Origin: Tubulanus polymorphus
Taxonomy: Eukaryota > Animalia > Nemertea
Length of the DNA: 64,000 nucleotides
Reading direction: 5' to 3'
NCBI RefSeq assembly: GCF_964204645.1
Contig: NC_134026.1
Span: 15,224,150-15,288,149 of the forward strand
Shown here one piece after another: positions 13,501-24,608 of this stretch. The notes under the pieces were generated by a model. It made no database searches and was not told the origin of the DNA. It saw only the letters and a list, made by a program, of their open reading frames with translations. Positions within the stretch are counted from its first letter, which is position 1. Every line of letters starts with the position of its first letter. The position numbers and the translations under genes are program-made.

Positions 13501-13943
13501 ATTTTTGCTCGGCTTATATTCTTTTTCCTTAACCTGTAATTCATGGCTATAATTCGTGTTTGTTTTGTTAGAACTATCATTTTCCGTTGTAAGTGAAAAT
13601 AGTTTCAGAACGAGAGATGGTTAAACTGGACTCTTAAACAAGTTTAATCTAAATTGTTTGAAAGTTTACGGTTAAACTGATTCCTGCGTGATCTGGATCC
13701 CGTGTGATTGTAATCCTGTATAATATGGCAAATTAAATAGTTTAATATCACTTCTTGTGTGTTGAAATAAAAAAACTCAAAAAGATACCCTTATCGGATT
13801 ATCATTGTGTTATTGGTTTGTGTCCAGGAGTGAATTTCAGAATCCGTTACTTAATAATTCAAAGGCCCCCGTTTCTTAGCCGAGGAAATGAGAATCGTTA
13901 TCCTATTAGCAATGGACCGCACCGGCGTTGAAATAAGAATTCC

Positions 13944-14078
13944 CGAGTACCGACTTCTAGCGCCACTGTGTTCGCTTGCCTTAACATATCATGCCTCAGT
14001 ACCGACTGCTAGTGCCACTGTGTTCACATACCTTATCATAATGATGCCTCAGTACCGACTGCTAGCGCCACTGCGTTC
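13944..14078 (+). repeat. Three tandem copies of AGTACCGACTGCTAGCGCCACTGTGTTC (~52-bp period) in the hAT subterminal region
   Basis: Directly visible repeats with minor variation. Confidence 0.75.
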
Positions 14079-15537
14079 CGTACGGCGATCGCTTTTCAAT
14101 TAGGAATAATATATTGTCAGTGAATTATTAAATGTTTTCCAGTAGGTTATATAGTGTAAAGGTAAATTCATAATGTTTCAAAATTTCCGCGGATTTCAAA
14201 ACCTCCTGTTTTCATCCCTGATTATTATGAAGGGTTGCGGCCAGGGTTTGTGTTGATGTGAGATCCCCTACGGGTGGCAATCTAACCCTGGCAAGTGATG
14301 ATGAATCACAGCCCGTGAAATGGTGCCACATGATCACAAAATGGCTGCATTTCATTTTCGGCTGTGGGTGTCGCCATTGTGTCAATGCACATGATTTCTA
14401 TATTGGCGCTGATGGCTGTTTTTAATTGGATTCGAAGCTATGTGTCGCTGGTAGCTGCACACTAGGTGATTTACACTAGATACTGAGCGATCTTGTCGCA
14501 AGCGATGATTTGTCGGCCGACAATGGTCGCCAGTGACTGCATTAATTTTCATGATGTTAGATCGTAGCGTACAAAGAACAGACCGTAGAAGCGTCTCATA
14601 AAACCGGTGCTACAATCTCTGAAATCTTTTGTACAACATCATTGCGAAAAACCGCTGTTGTCTAGAACCACTGTGCAGATCAATAATATATATATATACA
14701 TGCAATAGCGCTGCGCGGGAAATCTATATTTAGAATCTGCGGTCGCACGCTTCAATTCATCAAACAAAGCATAGCCTAAGTGCTCAATATAAGTAGTCAA
14801 TTGTTTTTTACCCTCATACCTCAGGGATGAAAACAGTGACGTTTAAAAAACGCGGAAAAATTTGAAAAAGTAATAGAGGCTAAGTAGCAGCTGCCCCCCT
14901 TATGGGGGGTTTGGGAGACCTCCCCCAAGAAAATTTTGAAATCTCAAGGAGTTTTTGGGCGCATCTGAGGCCCATTTACCAATGACAAAATAAGACTGCT
15001 GCCACGCGGTTGATCGTTCGTTGTTTATGTCTAGAGTACATGAAAAGGATGTCTCGACGTTATCCAAATCACTAGAACATGTTCATAATACTTAAATGAA
15101 CTTGTCAATAAATTAAGAGTTGCAAGAGGAGCCCCTATCTATAACTTTCCAATCTATCACTTAAGCCAAGGGTATCGCGCCTGAATTAAAACAATGGCTC
15201 AACCGAGATATCTGGGACAATTAGGTCCTTGGGCAATGCACATGTTTATATTATTACGCTCAACAAGTTACTCATAGTTTTACAGTTCTATAGTTAATGA
15301 GTTCGATGATTCGACAGTAAATAAGTTCATTATAGTTTTCAATTTGATGATTTGACTGTTTGACGTTTGGCCTAGAGTAAGTTTTCTCAAGAAACTGCAA
15401 ATGAATCTAGAAACTCGGCGCACAACAAGACTTCCAGTTTATGCAGTGGTAGATACTAAATTGCAAGCGCGTAAATCTTATAACTAATGAGTAGGCCAAT
15501 AATGAAATCTTTTGAATTATAAATGGTCATAGGGTTA

Positions 15538-15698
15538 GGGGTCATTCATTTATTACGTATTAGGGGAGGGGGAGGGGGTCAGTGCAATTGCGTACTGTAA
15601 TGCTTAATGTATATGAAAAAATGGCCGATTTCGCGTACAGAGGGGGAGGGGGGTTGAAAATTTCAAATTTTATGCGTACGTGTTAAATGAATGATCCC
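15538..15698. mobile_element. PIF/Harbinger (Tourist-like) MITE, 161 bp
   Basis: TIR GGGGTCATTCATTT / AAATGAATGATCCC; TTA TSD at 15535-15537 and 15699-15701. Confidence 0.8.
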
Positions 15699-16504
15699 TT
15701 ATGAATTTATTAGATGAAAATATTTCAATTGATAGTCCCCACTTCAAAGTTATGCACTAGATGAAATAAGTGGTTGTCCAGACCTGCCAACTGTTACGAT
15801 TTTCTCGTATTCGTTACGGATTGACAGTACACATTACGGTGTTATGAGCGCGTGTTCAAAAATACGATTTTAGTCTATTTTCATTACGTTTAACGGAATA
15901 CGCTAGCGTTGTTACGATTCTTTACAAATATTTCGTGAAAGAAGTTTAAACGTGAGTCCTATAGCGCACGCTGCGCGTTCTGCTAGTTGATAACCTATAT
16001 TCGCCAAGCATCCAATCAATAGCACTGTGTTTACACAGACTGCTGGCATACATGCGTCTCCCCTGGGCCTGCACGCACTCAATACAGCACATTTATCAGC
16101 TGGCGGTCACTTGGGAAACCTACTACTATTGATCTATTGTATATACCGGTACTCTCTCGTATGCCTTTTAAAGATACAGCACATGCTGCTGTATCTTTAG
16201 CAATAAATGGCTACACACCGCCGGGGCATTGTCAAAATCGTTGAAAATTAGCGTTAATTTGCGGAATCTTTGGTGAATGAACGTAGTAGTAGAACGCTTC
16301 CGGGTATGCCTGTGACGAGGACTTCTCAGAATGATGTCATCAATATCGACGCGCAACCGCGAGCGTCCTGTTGCTAGGGCCGTTGCTACGGGCTTTTCTC
16401 GGGATTGGATAATGATATTTAATTTTTTTTTCCACGAAACTACTATAGACACATATGGTAATCATTTTATACAAAAAAAATTAGATTAAAATTCTTTTCC
16501 TAAA

Positions 16505-16571
16505 CCTCTTCATGACCCCTTTAAGAAAGATAAAATAGTATTTTATCTTTCTTAAAGGGGTCATGAAGAGG
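16505..16571. repeat. Perfect palindrome, 33-bp arms and 1-nt loop
   Basis: CCTCTTCATGACCCCTTTAAGAAAGATAAAATA-G-TATTTTATCTTTCTTAAAGGGGTCATGAAGAGG. Confidence 0.95.
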
Positions 16572-19500
16572 AAGACAATATAAACTTCTAGAACTTTGAA
16601 GTCACGAATTAAAAAGATTTTTCAAGCAATGCCCTTACTCCAAACAACCTCTAGCTTACCACACTTTGCCCATGGGCAATTTATTTTAAACATTTCCCTA
16701 AATTATTAGAAAATGCCGATAGTAAGACCGTGGAAAAGTTTTTATGGTTGAATGGGCGAATCACGGCGGCAGAGTGCACCTGTGGAAGAGTGCACCGGCG
16801 GAAATAGTTCCATGTTAACTTTTTTCAATTATAGTGCTGCTATTTTCCCAATCAAATTGCTAGATTTCGATCGTTTCTCAGAAATCAACACTAGTAATTC
16901 AAGTGTGATTTTGATGTGTGTAGAGATACATCGTGACTAGCGTATTGAATGGCGCCATGTAAAAGCTACGCGTCGATCCTTGAATAGTGGAATTATAGGG
17001 TTGAATTATCTTGATTGTATCAACAAATGGTTAGTGTCAACAAATGGTCCATTACAGTCCTCTAATTTATGTGGAGAGACGCTCTTAACCGGCAAAACGG
17101 TGGTCAGTTTCGTGTTATCGTTGGCCTACGTGACTGACCTTGCTTGAGCGTTCGCTGCCGGCTACAACAAATTAACCCTTAAAGAAAGGTACCTAGTGTC
17201 TGACATTCTACTGAAAAATTCCAGATTGATTCACTGCATAGTTTTTTCATAGCGGGCATTTTAGTATATGAATCAATTAAGATGATTGACTGATGCGGGT
17301 ACGGTTGTATCAGCTGTTGAAGACGTTCGATGTATACAATAATTTTAACCACTTGCGCGATGAAAATAGGGACATCAAAGGGGTGGCCATCTTGAATTTC
17401 TTGTTTGCACGATGCAGCCTGCAATTCTTGATGGATTATCACAAAATTTAGTGTGAGGATCAGGGTAGGTAAGCTGTCCATGCCTTTAGTATTTGGAGGT
17501 CATAGGCTTTCAAAGATGGCTGCCAGGTCAGCCATCTTGAATTTCTAGCACGAAACGGCAATTCTTGATGCATTTTCATGATACTAGGTGTGTGAATTTT
17601 GGTAGGTGAAATGTCTACCCCTTATTGAAAATTGAGTTCAAGTATGGCCACCAGGATTGCCATCCATCTTGGATTTCTTTTCAGCATGATGCCTACACCA
17701 ATTCTTGATGCATTTTTTCATGTAGTGTGATCTTCGGGGCAGCTAAGATGGGCTTGTCTTTTCGTGTAAGGATATATTTACAGAAAATGAACATTATCGC
17801 CACATAGCCTATACTATCTTAACTATTTTAAAACTTGTTACATCGTTACAATGTCAATCTTTCTGTAAAACTTTGAATACTGAATCTTCTTCGACTGTGT
17901 CATGAAGGTATAAGGCCTGTGGGCCTCTTGTTTGGAAGTAACCTGCCTTAAGTTAATTTATTTGTATATGAATCCATGATTCTGCGTTATTTATTTATTC
18001 TAAATGAAAAATAGATTAGAAAAAAACATTGGTTAACAATTACCTCCCACTGCCAACCAGTCGCATCGGTTCTCTGCTGTTATCAGTAATCAATGTGTTT
18101 AGGTTAAAAATAGTGGCAGCGAGGCGACCAGGATTGTGACGATTTAATGGATTTAGGCGTCATTTCATCCGATATAATTGATGAACCTAATCAATAATGG
18201 GAAGGAAACCCATTGTTTTAAAGATGTAACTTGGTTATGTTTCCTTTCCTTGTTTCCTTGTTTGTTAGAAACCTCACGCTCAGTTTTTAGGACGACGGTA
18301 CGTTGTACACGTCCTATTGTTATCGTGAAATCCGTCACGTCAAACGATGACATCTGTTCAACGCCATGTACGCGTCTGGAACTTTCACAGTCGCTTAGAT
18401 ATGAAACATAGTAGGTTGAGTTCATATATGGTGAATTTTTGTTATTTGGTTAATTAAATATTGCCGAAATAAAAAAATTGAAACTCTAAAGTAGCGCCAC
18501 CCCTGTCTAGAAGTAAAACTGTATTAGTCCGCGCTTAAAATAGTGCCACGCATACTTTTTTGAAAGAGCACTTTACATAGGCCTATTCCATGATATAGCC
18601 TAGTTGTTTATTTCCGTATCGTCGTTTATTGCCTGAAATTTCCGTATTTTCTTTGTGTGTGTGTCAGCGGATTAATTGAAAGTTTACTCATTGGTGATAT
18701 GGACTCGGCGAGTACACGTGCTACATCGATTCAACATTAGCTGCTGTTGAATCGATACTCATACGTCGAGCAACGCTGAAAACTATCTTACTATTACTAG
18801 TAAAATGATTTATCGTCATTAATTCTTTTGGACTTTAGCGTCAGCAATCCGTTTTTAGAGCCCGATTATGTGTATCTAGTTTGCGGCACAGTGATAGGAG
18901 CGCGCGTCGATAACATTAGTTACAGTCCCGTAGGCAATATCGCCTTATATACGCGGCGATCACCGTGTATGTATCAGTAATAGATAATGCGCGTTACGGA
19001 GTGGGTCGCACGTAGGCTACAATCCACACGCTCGTTATATCAAAAAGGTCTTGAATTAGCAGAAGAAATATTATTCACGATAACTTTTACTATAAAAAAT
19101 TCCTTTTATGACACCATTAAAACCTTTAAGTTGGTAACTTAATTTCGTCAGTAACTAGTTTTAATTTCGACTGTAGCCATATTAGTTTCACGTTCGGATA
19201 TTTTCACAAATATCCCATCCGATTATAAAAGCTTTAACCACCTATGATTAGGTAACTTCTCGTCAGTAACCGGCCTACACCCTCATCGTAGTTGTTTTGT
19301 ATCATTCTCCTTGATCTATCAAACATTTTTCAAGTGAAAGAATCCCATGATCAATCTTTAAGATATCATGTAAGAATTCTAATGAGACTGCTGGTAAATA
19401 TTCATTCTGTTCCACTTGGTCGATCATTTGACAAGCTCCAGGGCCTAAGGGTACAGATAGCAGTTGGCCTATGGTTCAGTCTGTGAACAGCTTCAAATAA

Positions 19501-20159
19501 CTGTGTTAACAAATGGATGTGAAGCTTGTACCCCATGGACTGCATGGTCATTGGACTATGTCATGGGTTCTTGGCGATTGTGCCGAGAGCAGACTGTATC
19601 GGGTGGTCATGGTAAGTATAACTTTGATTAAACATGCACCGATGGCTAAAATGATACCTTCGTTTCTCAACCCCTCTAATTGTATATAAGGCAATATCAA
19701 TCCATACCGACAACGATTTTGTTGATCGAGCTTACAATATTTCGAGCCTCAGGACCTTTTTCCCTCTAGTTTTCAAACTTGCAGGGATGCTAACTGCTCC
19801 GTTTTGCCTTAAATCTCTGTAATACCTTAAACTTGCATTATATGTTCAACTCTTTGTGTAACAGTGGAACTTCGTTTGGATCTGACTAGCAAATGTGTTT
19901 GAAAAGCACTACGGTGTGTAAGCCTTAGCAACCAACCTCACTCGTCTTCACCCTGAGTTCCACTTTTAATTTCTATTCTCTGTCGTCGTCCTATTAAAAA
20001 GTTTCTTTCTAGTTGTAGTGGCAAGTATTATAGTGTGTGGAGTTGACAATTATAATCTACACATCTTGACTTATGCCGGTAGGCCTGTTACAAAGGTACA
20101 ACATCACATTGACAATTGAAACGTAAAGACACGAGCAAAATCAAGTCAAATTCTAGGGT

Positions 20160-20919
20160 TTTTAGCCCACTTGGGACTTAAGTCCCTGCGGGCTATTGCG
20201 TTCAATTTTCGTCCGTTCGTCCGTAGAAGGAATCCAGTTATTTTGGGAAGTTTTGAAGACGCTTCAATGTAATGTCTTGATGTTTGGGTTACGCATGTAT
20301 CTACCCAAGACACATCTTCAGCCCAAAAACTGGCCCTGTCAGAATCAAGATGGCCGACTGGCAGCCATTGTTTTTCGCCAAAATTAGCACTTTTTACACA
20401 TTTTTGAACTTTTTGAGGGAAATTTTGAAGACGCTTTGATCAATTACTTTGATCAATTACCTTACCGTTCTTATAAATTTTTTCTTTCCTTTTTATTTTC
20501 TTCATTCATCATCATCATTCCTTAGATCAGTGTAAATCTCCTTAAGACGGTTTTTGGCGGTAGTTAGCACAATTGTGGAGTCGGAGAAACCAATATGTCT
20601 CATTGGAAAAGCGGCTCTAATTCGGAATATTTTCCGACTTTTTCAATATGGGCCGTATTCATCCCTGGAATATGGTCACCAGGGCGCGTTGAATAGTTGA
20701 ATAACTTAGTATTTCCATGTTAAATAGATAACGAGGCGTATTTTGTTGTCATAATCAATTACAAAATCTTAGCTGCTGACATGTTCTATGATTGTGGTGA
20801 GTTTCAAGGTCATTGGTATTTGTAAATTGTCAGCAGGGGGCGTTGAATATTGAAATTGATAGATTGTTGAGCATTTGAAACCACTTCCCAAGTGGGCATG
20901 TTGTCCCTGGACCCCTAGT
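20160..20919 (+). mobile_element. Helentron-associated (HINE/DINE-1-like) non-autonomous element, copy 1
   Basis: T-rich 5' flank, subterminal inverted repeat GCCCACTTGGGA / TCCCAAGTGGGC, 5' palindrome GGGACTTAAGTCCC, (CGTC)n microsatellite, short 3' stem-loop ending CTAGT. Confidence 0.7.
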
Positions 20920-22783
20920 TTCAATTCCGCGTCATTTTATATAAATTACATGCTTGTTACTGAAAAACTTCAGATCTTACTGAAAATTTCTGATTTGGTC
21001 AGACACGAGGTTGGCAGGTCTGGTTGTCATCCAATTTACTATTTAGGATCTCGATTGGGCGCTACAGTTCATTCAATAAAGCATAGTATAATATTCTTAC
21101 CATCCATTGTACAGGCATGCTGCAGATATATGGATATGGGGAACAAGCCTGGAGACTGCACCAAGCACGCACTAGGAGTTATTAGGGTTTCTGCTGCCTC
21201 GGCAGAAACCCTATTGGATTCCTGCTGATTATTATTTTAACATTTTCCACTGAGTTTCGTCACATAAAAATCATCTTCTATTAAATTTGACTACTAACAA
21301 CTTTGAAACGAAATGTTAAACTCTGATAATAATATAACAGTCTCTTTCTGCGCGTAGTTTCTATGGATGTACTGTGCTTCCTATTTTAAACTTGAAGTTA
21401 TTTAAAGATAACACCGGTGGAAATAGCAATCATCAATCATGGCGCGCATACTGGCACGAATCTGGAAGTTTGTGACGTCATTTCATAAATAAATAAAGAA
21501 GGAAGGCTCCGAGAATATCCAAATCACAGGTTACTGTGAATAACTGGGGTTCGACCATTCACATGTTAAAAATGTACTTCCTTGTTAGTGAAGTAAGTTT
21601 ATTCATACTGTTATTAAAAGCAGTTCCTTTTAAACATTCTATAATAGTATAGTTTTGTTCGTGGATATCAATACTCCGAAAAATCAACAGCGGTTTATTC
21701 ATTTATTGTACCGGTACACGTTTTCTTAATTGAATTGAATTGGACTGGTCCAAAAAGCGGGTCATACTAGTTAGCGTCAGAAAATGTCAGCGTCGGTGAT
21801 ACCTTGTTACCGTCGATATTAGATGGTCTAAAGTCAGTATATGTACATCACATCGTGACGCAGCGGCGATGGTAATGTCATAAAAGAACAAAGTCAGTTG
21901 AAAATATCTACCCACTGCACCGATAAAGAATGATTGCTAGCCAGAGACCAGGACAGTCAGTAATGGGGAGTGATGGTACCGTTCATGATTATGTTTTTAT
22001 AATAGTTATTGGACGTCAATTTCATATGTGAATTGTAGTCCCCATCTGATCGCTTGACTTGTCAGACTAACTTGTCACTTCTCTACTAATAGTACTAACA
22101 CTATAAAAGGCCTTCCCTCCTGCATAGTTTACCCTATAGGCCAAATTTGTGCTTTGGGCCAAATTCGGTTTTCTTATCTAGTCGACTTTTTTTCTGAACT
22201 AATAATAACCGAATATGCGCTTAAACTGTCACTAGGGAATGGTAAACCCACCGTAGCTTCGTTCTTCTCGATGTTATTTCCCCCAAAACCTGGCACATTA
22301 GTACTTTGTGCGTAGTAGCACATGTGGGTCAACATATCCATGTTGTGAGTTGACCCCTAGGTGGCATTCTTTCAAAAAACGGAATGTAATGAACTGGTTT
22401 CGGGTGAAATCTTTGCTCGCATCCCTGAACGACATTCTATCCAGAAAGGCAGAAACCCACTTGCAACTATTTTTAGGGTTTTCTGACTTTCGTCGAAAAC
22501 CCTTTTGTAATTCTGTCGATTGTTATTATTATTATTTACATATTTTCCACTTTTTTTTCGCACATAAAATTCATCTTCTATCAGATTCGACAACTAACTA
22601 CTTCTAATTGAAATGTAGAATTCTGATAGTAATATAACACGCATTCGCTCCGCGTAGATTATACCTATGCACTCTCCGTCCTATTTTAAACTTAGAATTA
22701 TTTACTGAAAGATAACACCGGATGATAGTAGCAATCGCGACTCGCCCTGTACGGTACTCCCACTAACGATAAAAACAGCATCC

Positions 22784-22856
22784 TGTCCTGTGGCATGGTG
22801 GATAAGGTGTTTGACTCCCAACTGAGAGGTTGAGGGTTCGAATCCTAGTGAAACCA
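22784..22856 (+). repeat. tRNA-derived SINE head or tRNA pseudogene
   Basis: Box A-like TGGCATGGTGG (22791) and box B GGTTCGAATCC (22835-22845); acceptor stem pairs poorly. Confidence 0.6.
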
Positions 22857-24320
22857 TGCGTTATCACAGTACAGCGCCGGCGCAACAATTGTTTTATTAA
22901 TGAAACAACATGGTGGATGGTTGAAATCATTTTCGGCTTAAATTTATCGCGAGTTTTAGGACTTTAATGAATTTCACGAAACCATGATTTCTAAAATGAG
23001 TCAATTGATTAATTCTATTCGTAAATCAATTTACGTTGGCTACATTTCCTGAAGATTTCGGGGTCAAATCAACGTGATATGGACAGAAATTGTAGGAATT
23101 TTACTTCCGCGTTCAGTTGACGACTCGTATCGATGACAACGACAGCGGAGTTTATGTATTCATAGAACTATAACGGATATTCTGTTAGTTCTATGATGTA
23201 TTTTAAGGTGAGAATCCGTTAACCAGGGAATGTATTAAATGATTTCTTTAATAATATGAGTAATGCTAGCAAATGAGTAGGCCTACTCGGTGAAGCAATG
23301 ATCATTGTTGGCTACTTACTTAATGCCTAGCTTTTTTGGGGGATGCGCCTAGAATAGATTTAGGCCCTAAATATAATGGCTAGAGCCAGTCAGTGGAATG
23401 CCTTAATAGCAGCTAGTTATGGCCTGGTTTACACTGAATGTGCATGACAATTTATTTTGATTACTTTCTTTCCAGCTATTATTCGTGGAATGAACTGGGC
23501 ACTACGGTCTTCAATTCCTTTGCGGATTCTTGCAGGAATATTAAACCACAGTGCGCAAATGTATGTTTAAAATTAGGCTTTTTCGACATTGCCAGCCAAA
23601 GACGTAACTTAACAGGCTAACTTAAGCGCAACTGTCTCAGATACTGTAAGTACTTGACGTTTTGCGTAATTTTTTTTTTTGTAATGCAATATTTGGATTA
23701 GTAATCAGTCGTGCTAACGTACATGCAGAATTGGATTCATTGTAATTATGGGATGATAATTCATGGGCGTCACGAGTCCTGCAACATACCCTTGATATGA
23801 AGCTTTTTTAATGTTAATCATTGACTTGTTTTGGAGTAAACTGAATAGCCCTTAAAGTACCAATGCCACGTGGCTTGGTGTCTATGCTCTACGAGACTGT
23901 AGTAATAGATTTTCACAACAAACTCATGATTTCAAATAGTCTCCTAAGATATCTATGTATTATTTCGCTCCTTACCTGAGTAATTCTTACATTTGATTGC
24001 TTAATTACAGATGGAAAGAGGTCAGATGGCATGAAAATCGACTGTGGCTGACTAATTGGCACGAGTAACCAAAATGCTTCAATCATCAGGGGTAGACAAA
24101 TTAGCCGAAGATGAATGAAAACTTCACCTTGATGATCATCAGTTGATTTTGCTATAATTATTTGCCTGGATATATCCTTCATTTCAAAATCTGTCTTCAG
24201 TAGAATTTCTTTCAATAAAATATTTTGAAGATTGAATTTGAATTGATCTTAAAACCAGAGAAAGCATTCAGAAATTTAGAAAATCCTTGACTCATAATCA
24301 AATTCTGTGAAGTCAGTTAA

Positions 24321-24608
24321 CCCTTTCAGTGCCTCTACACCGCAGTGCGGTGTATAAATCAGTGATGGATTTTGCTAGTACACCGCACTGCGGTGTATTG
24401 ATGTAATTAGTAATTAGTAATTATCTCTATCGAAAAATGGCAGAAAGTGTCAAACATAGTGAAATACTAGTAACTAACGATACACCGCACTGCGGTGTAG
24501 ACGCACTATAGTGGTATTCCCATTGTTCAACACACTAGGGTGGAATTTTTTAGACTTTTCAAATTTTCTCCAGCACTATAGGGTATTAATTAGTCAGCAC
24601 TGAAAGGG
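24321..24608. mobile_element. piggyBac MITE, 288 bp
   Basis: TTAA on both sides; TIR CCCTTTCAGTGC / GCACTGAAAGGG; three internal palindromes TACACCGCA(G/C)TGCGGTGTA. Confidence 0.9.

Larger units (their letters stand above)
10763..14220 (+). mobile_element. hAT-superfamily transposon with 6-bp TSD (ATTATT)
   Basis: ATTATT at 10757-10762 and 14221-14226. The right end reads CAGGGATGAAAACAGGAGGTTTTGAAATCCGCGG on the minus strand; the left end CAGGGAAATCCGCGG looks like an internally deleted version. Confidence 0.8.
10486..14303. mobile_element. MITE (~350 bp without its insert) with ~75-bp imperfect TIRs, split by the hAT at 10763-14220
   Basis: CATCCTCACTTGCCAGGG...CAACACAAACCCTGGCCGCAAACCCTTCAT versus ATGAAGGGTTGCGGCCAGGGTTTGTGTTG...CCCTGGCAAGTGATGATG. 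No clean TSD. Confidence 0.7.
15779..21022. mobile_element. 5.2-kb non-autonomous hAT-like element with 6-bp TSD (GTTGTC), containing nested repeats
   Basis: TIR CAGACCTGCCAAC / GTTGGCAGGTCTG; GTTGTC at 15773-15778 and 21023-21028. No transposase recognised inside. Confidence 0.8.

Noticed and set aside
22784-22856. Functional tRNA gene
   Set aside because: A and B boxes are present but the acceptor stem does not pair properly; better explained as a SINE head.
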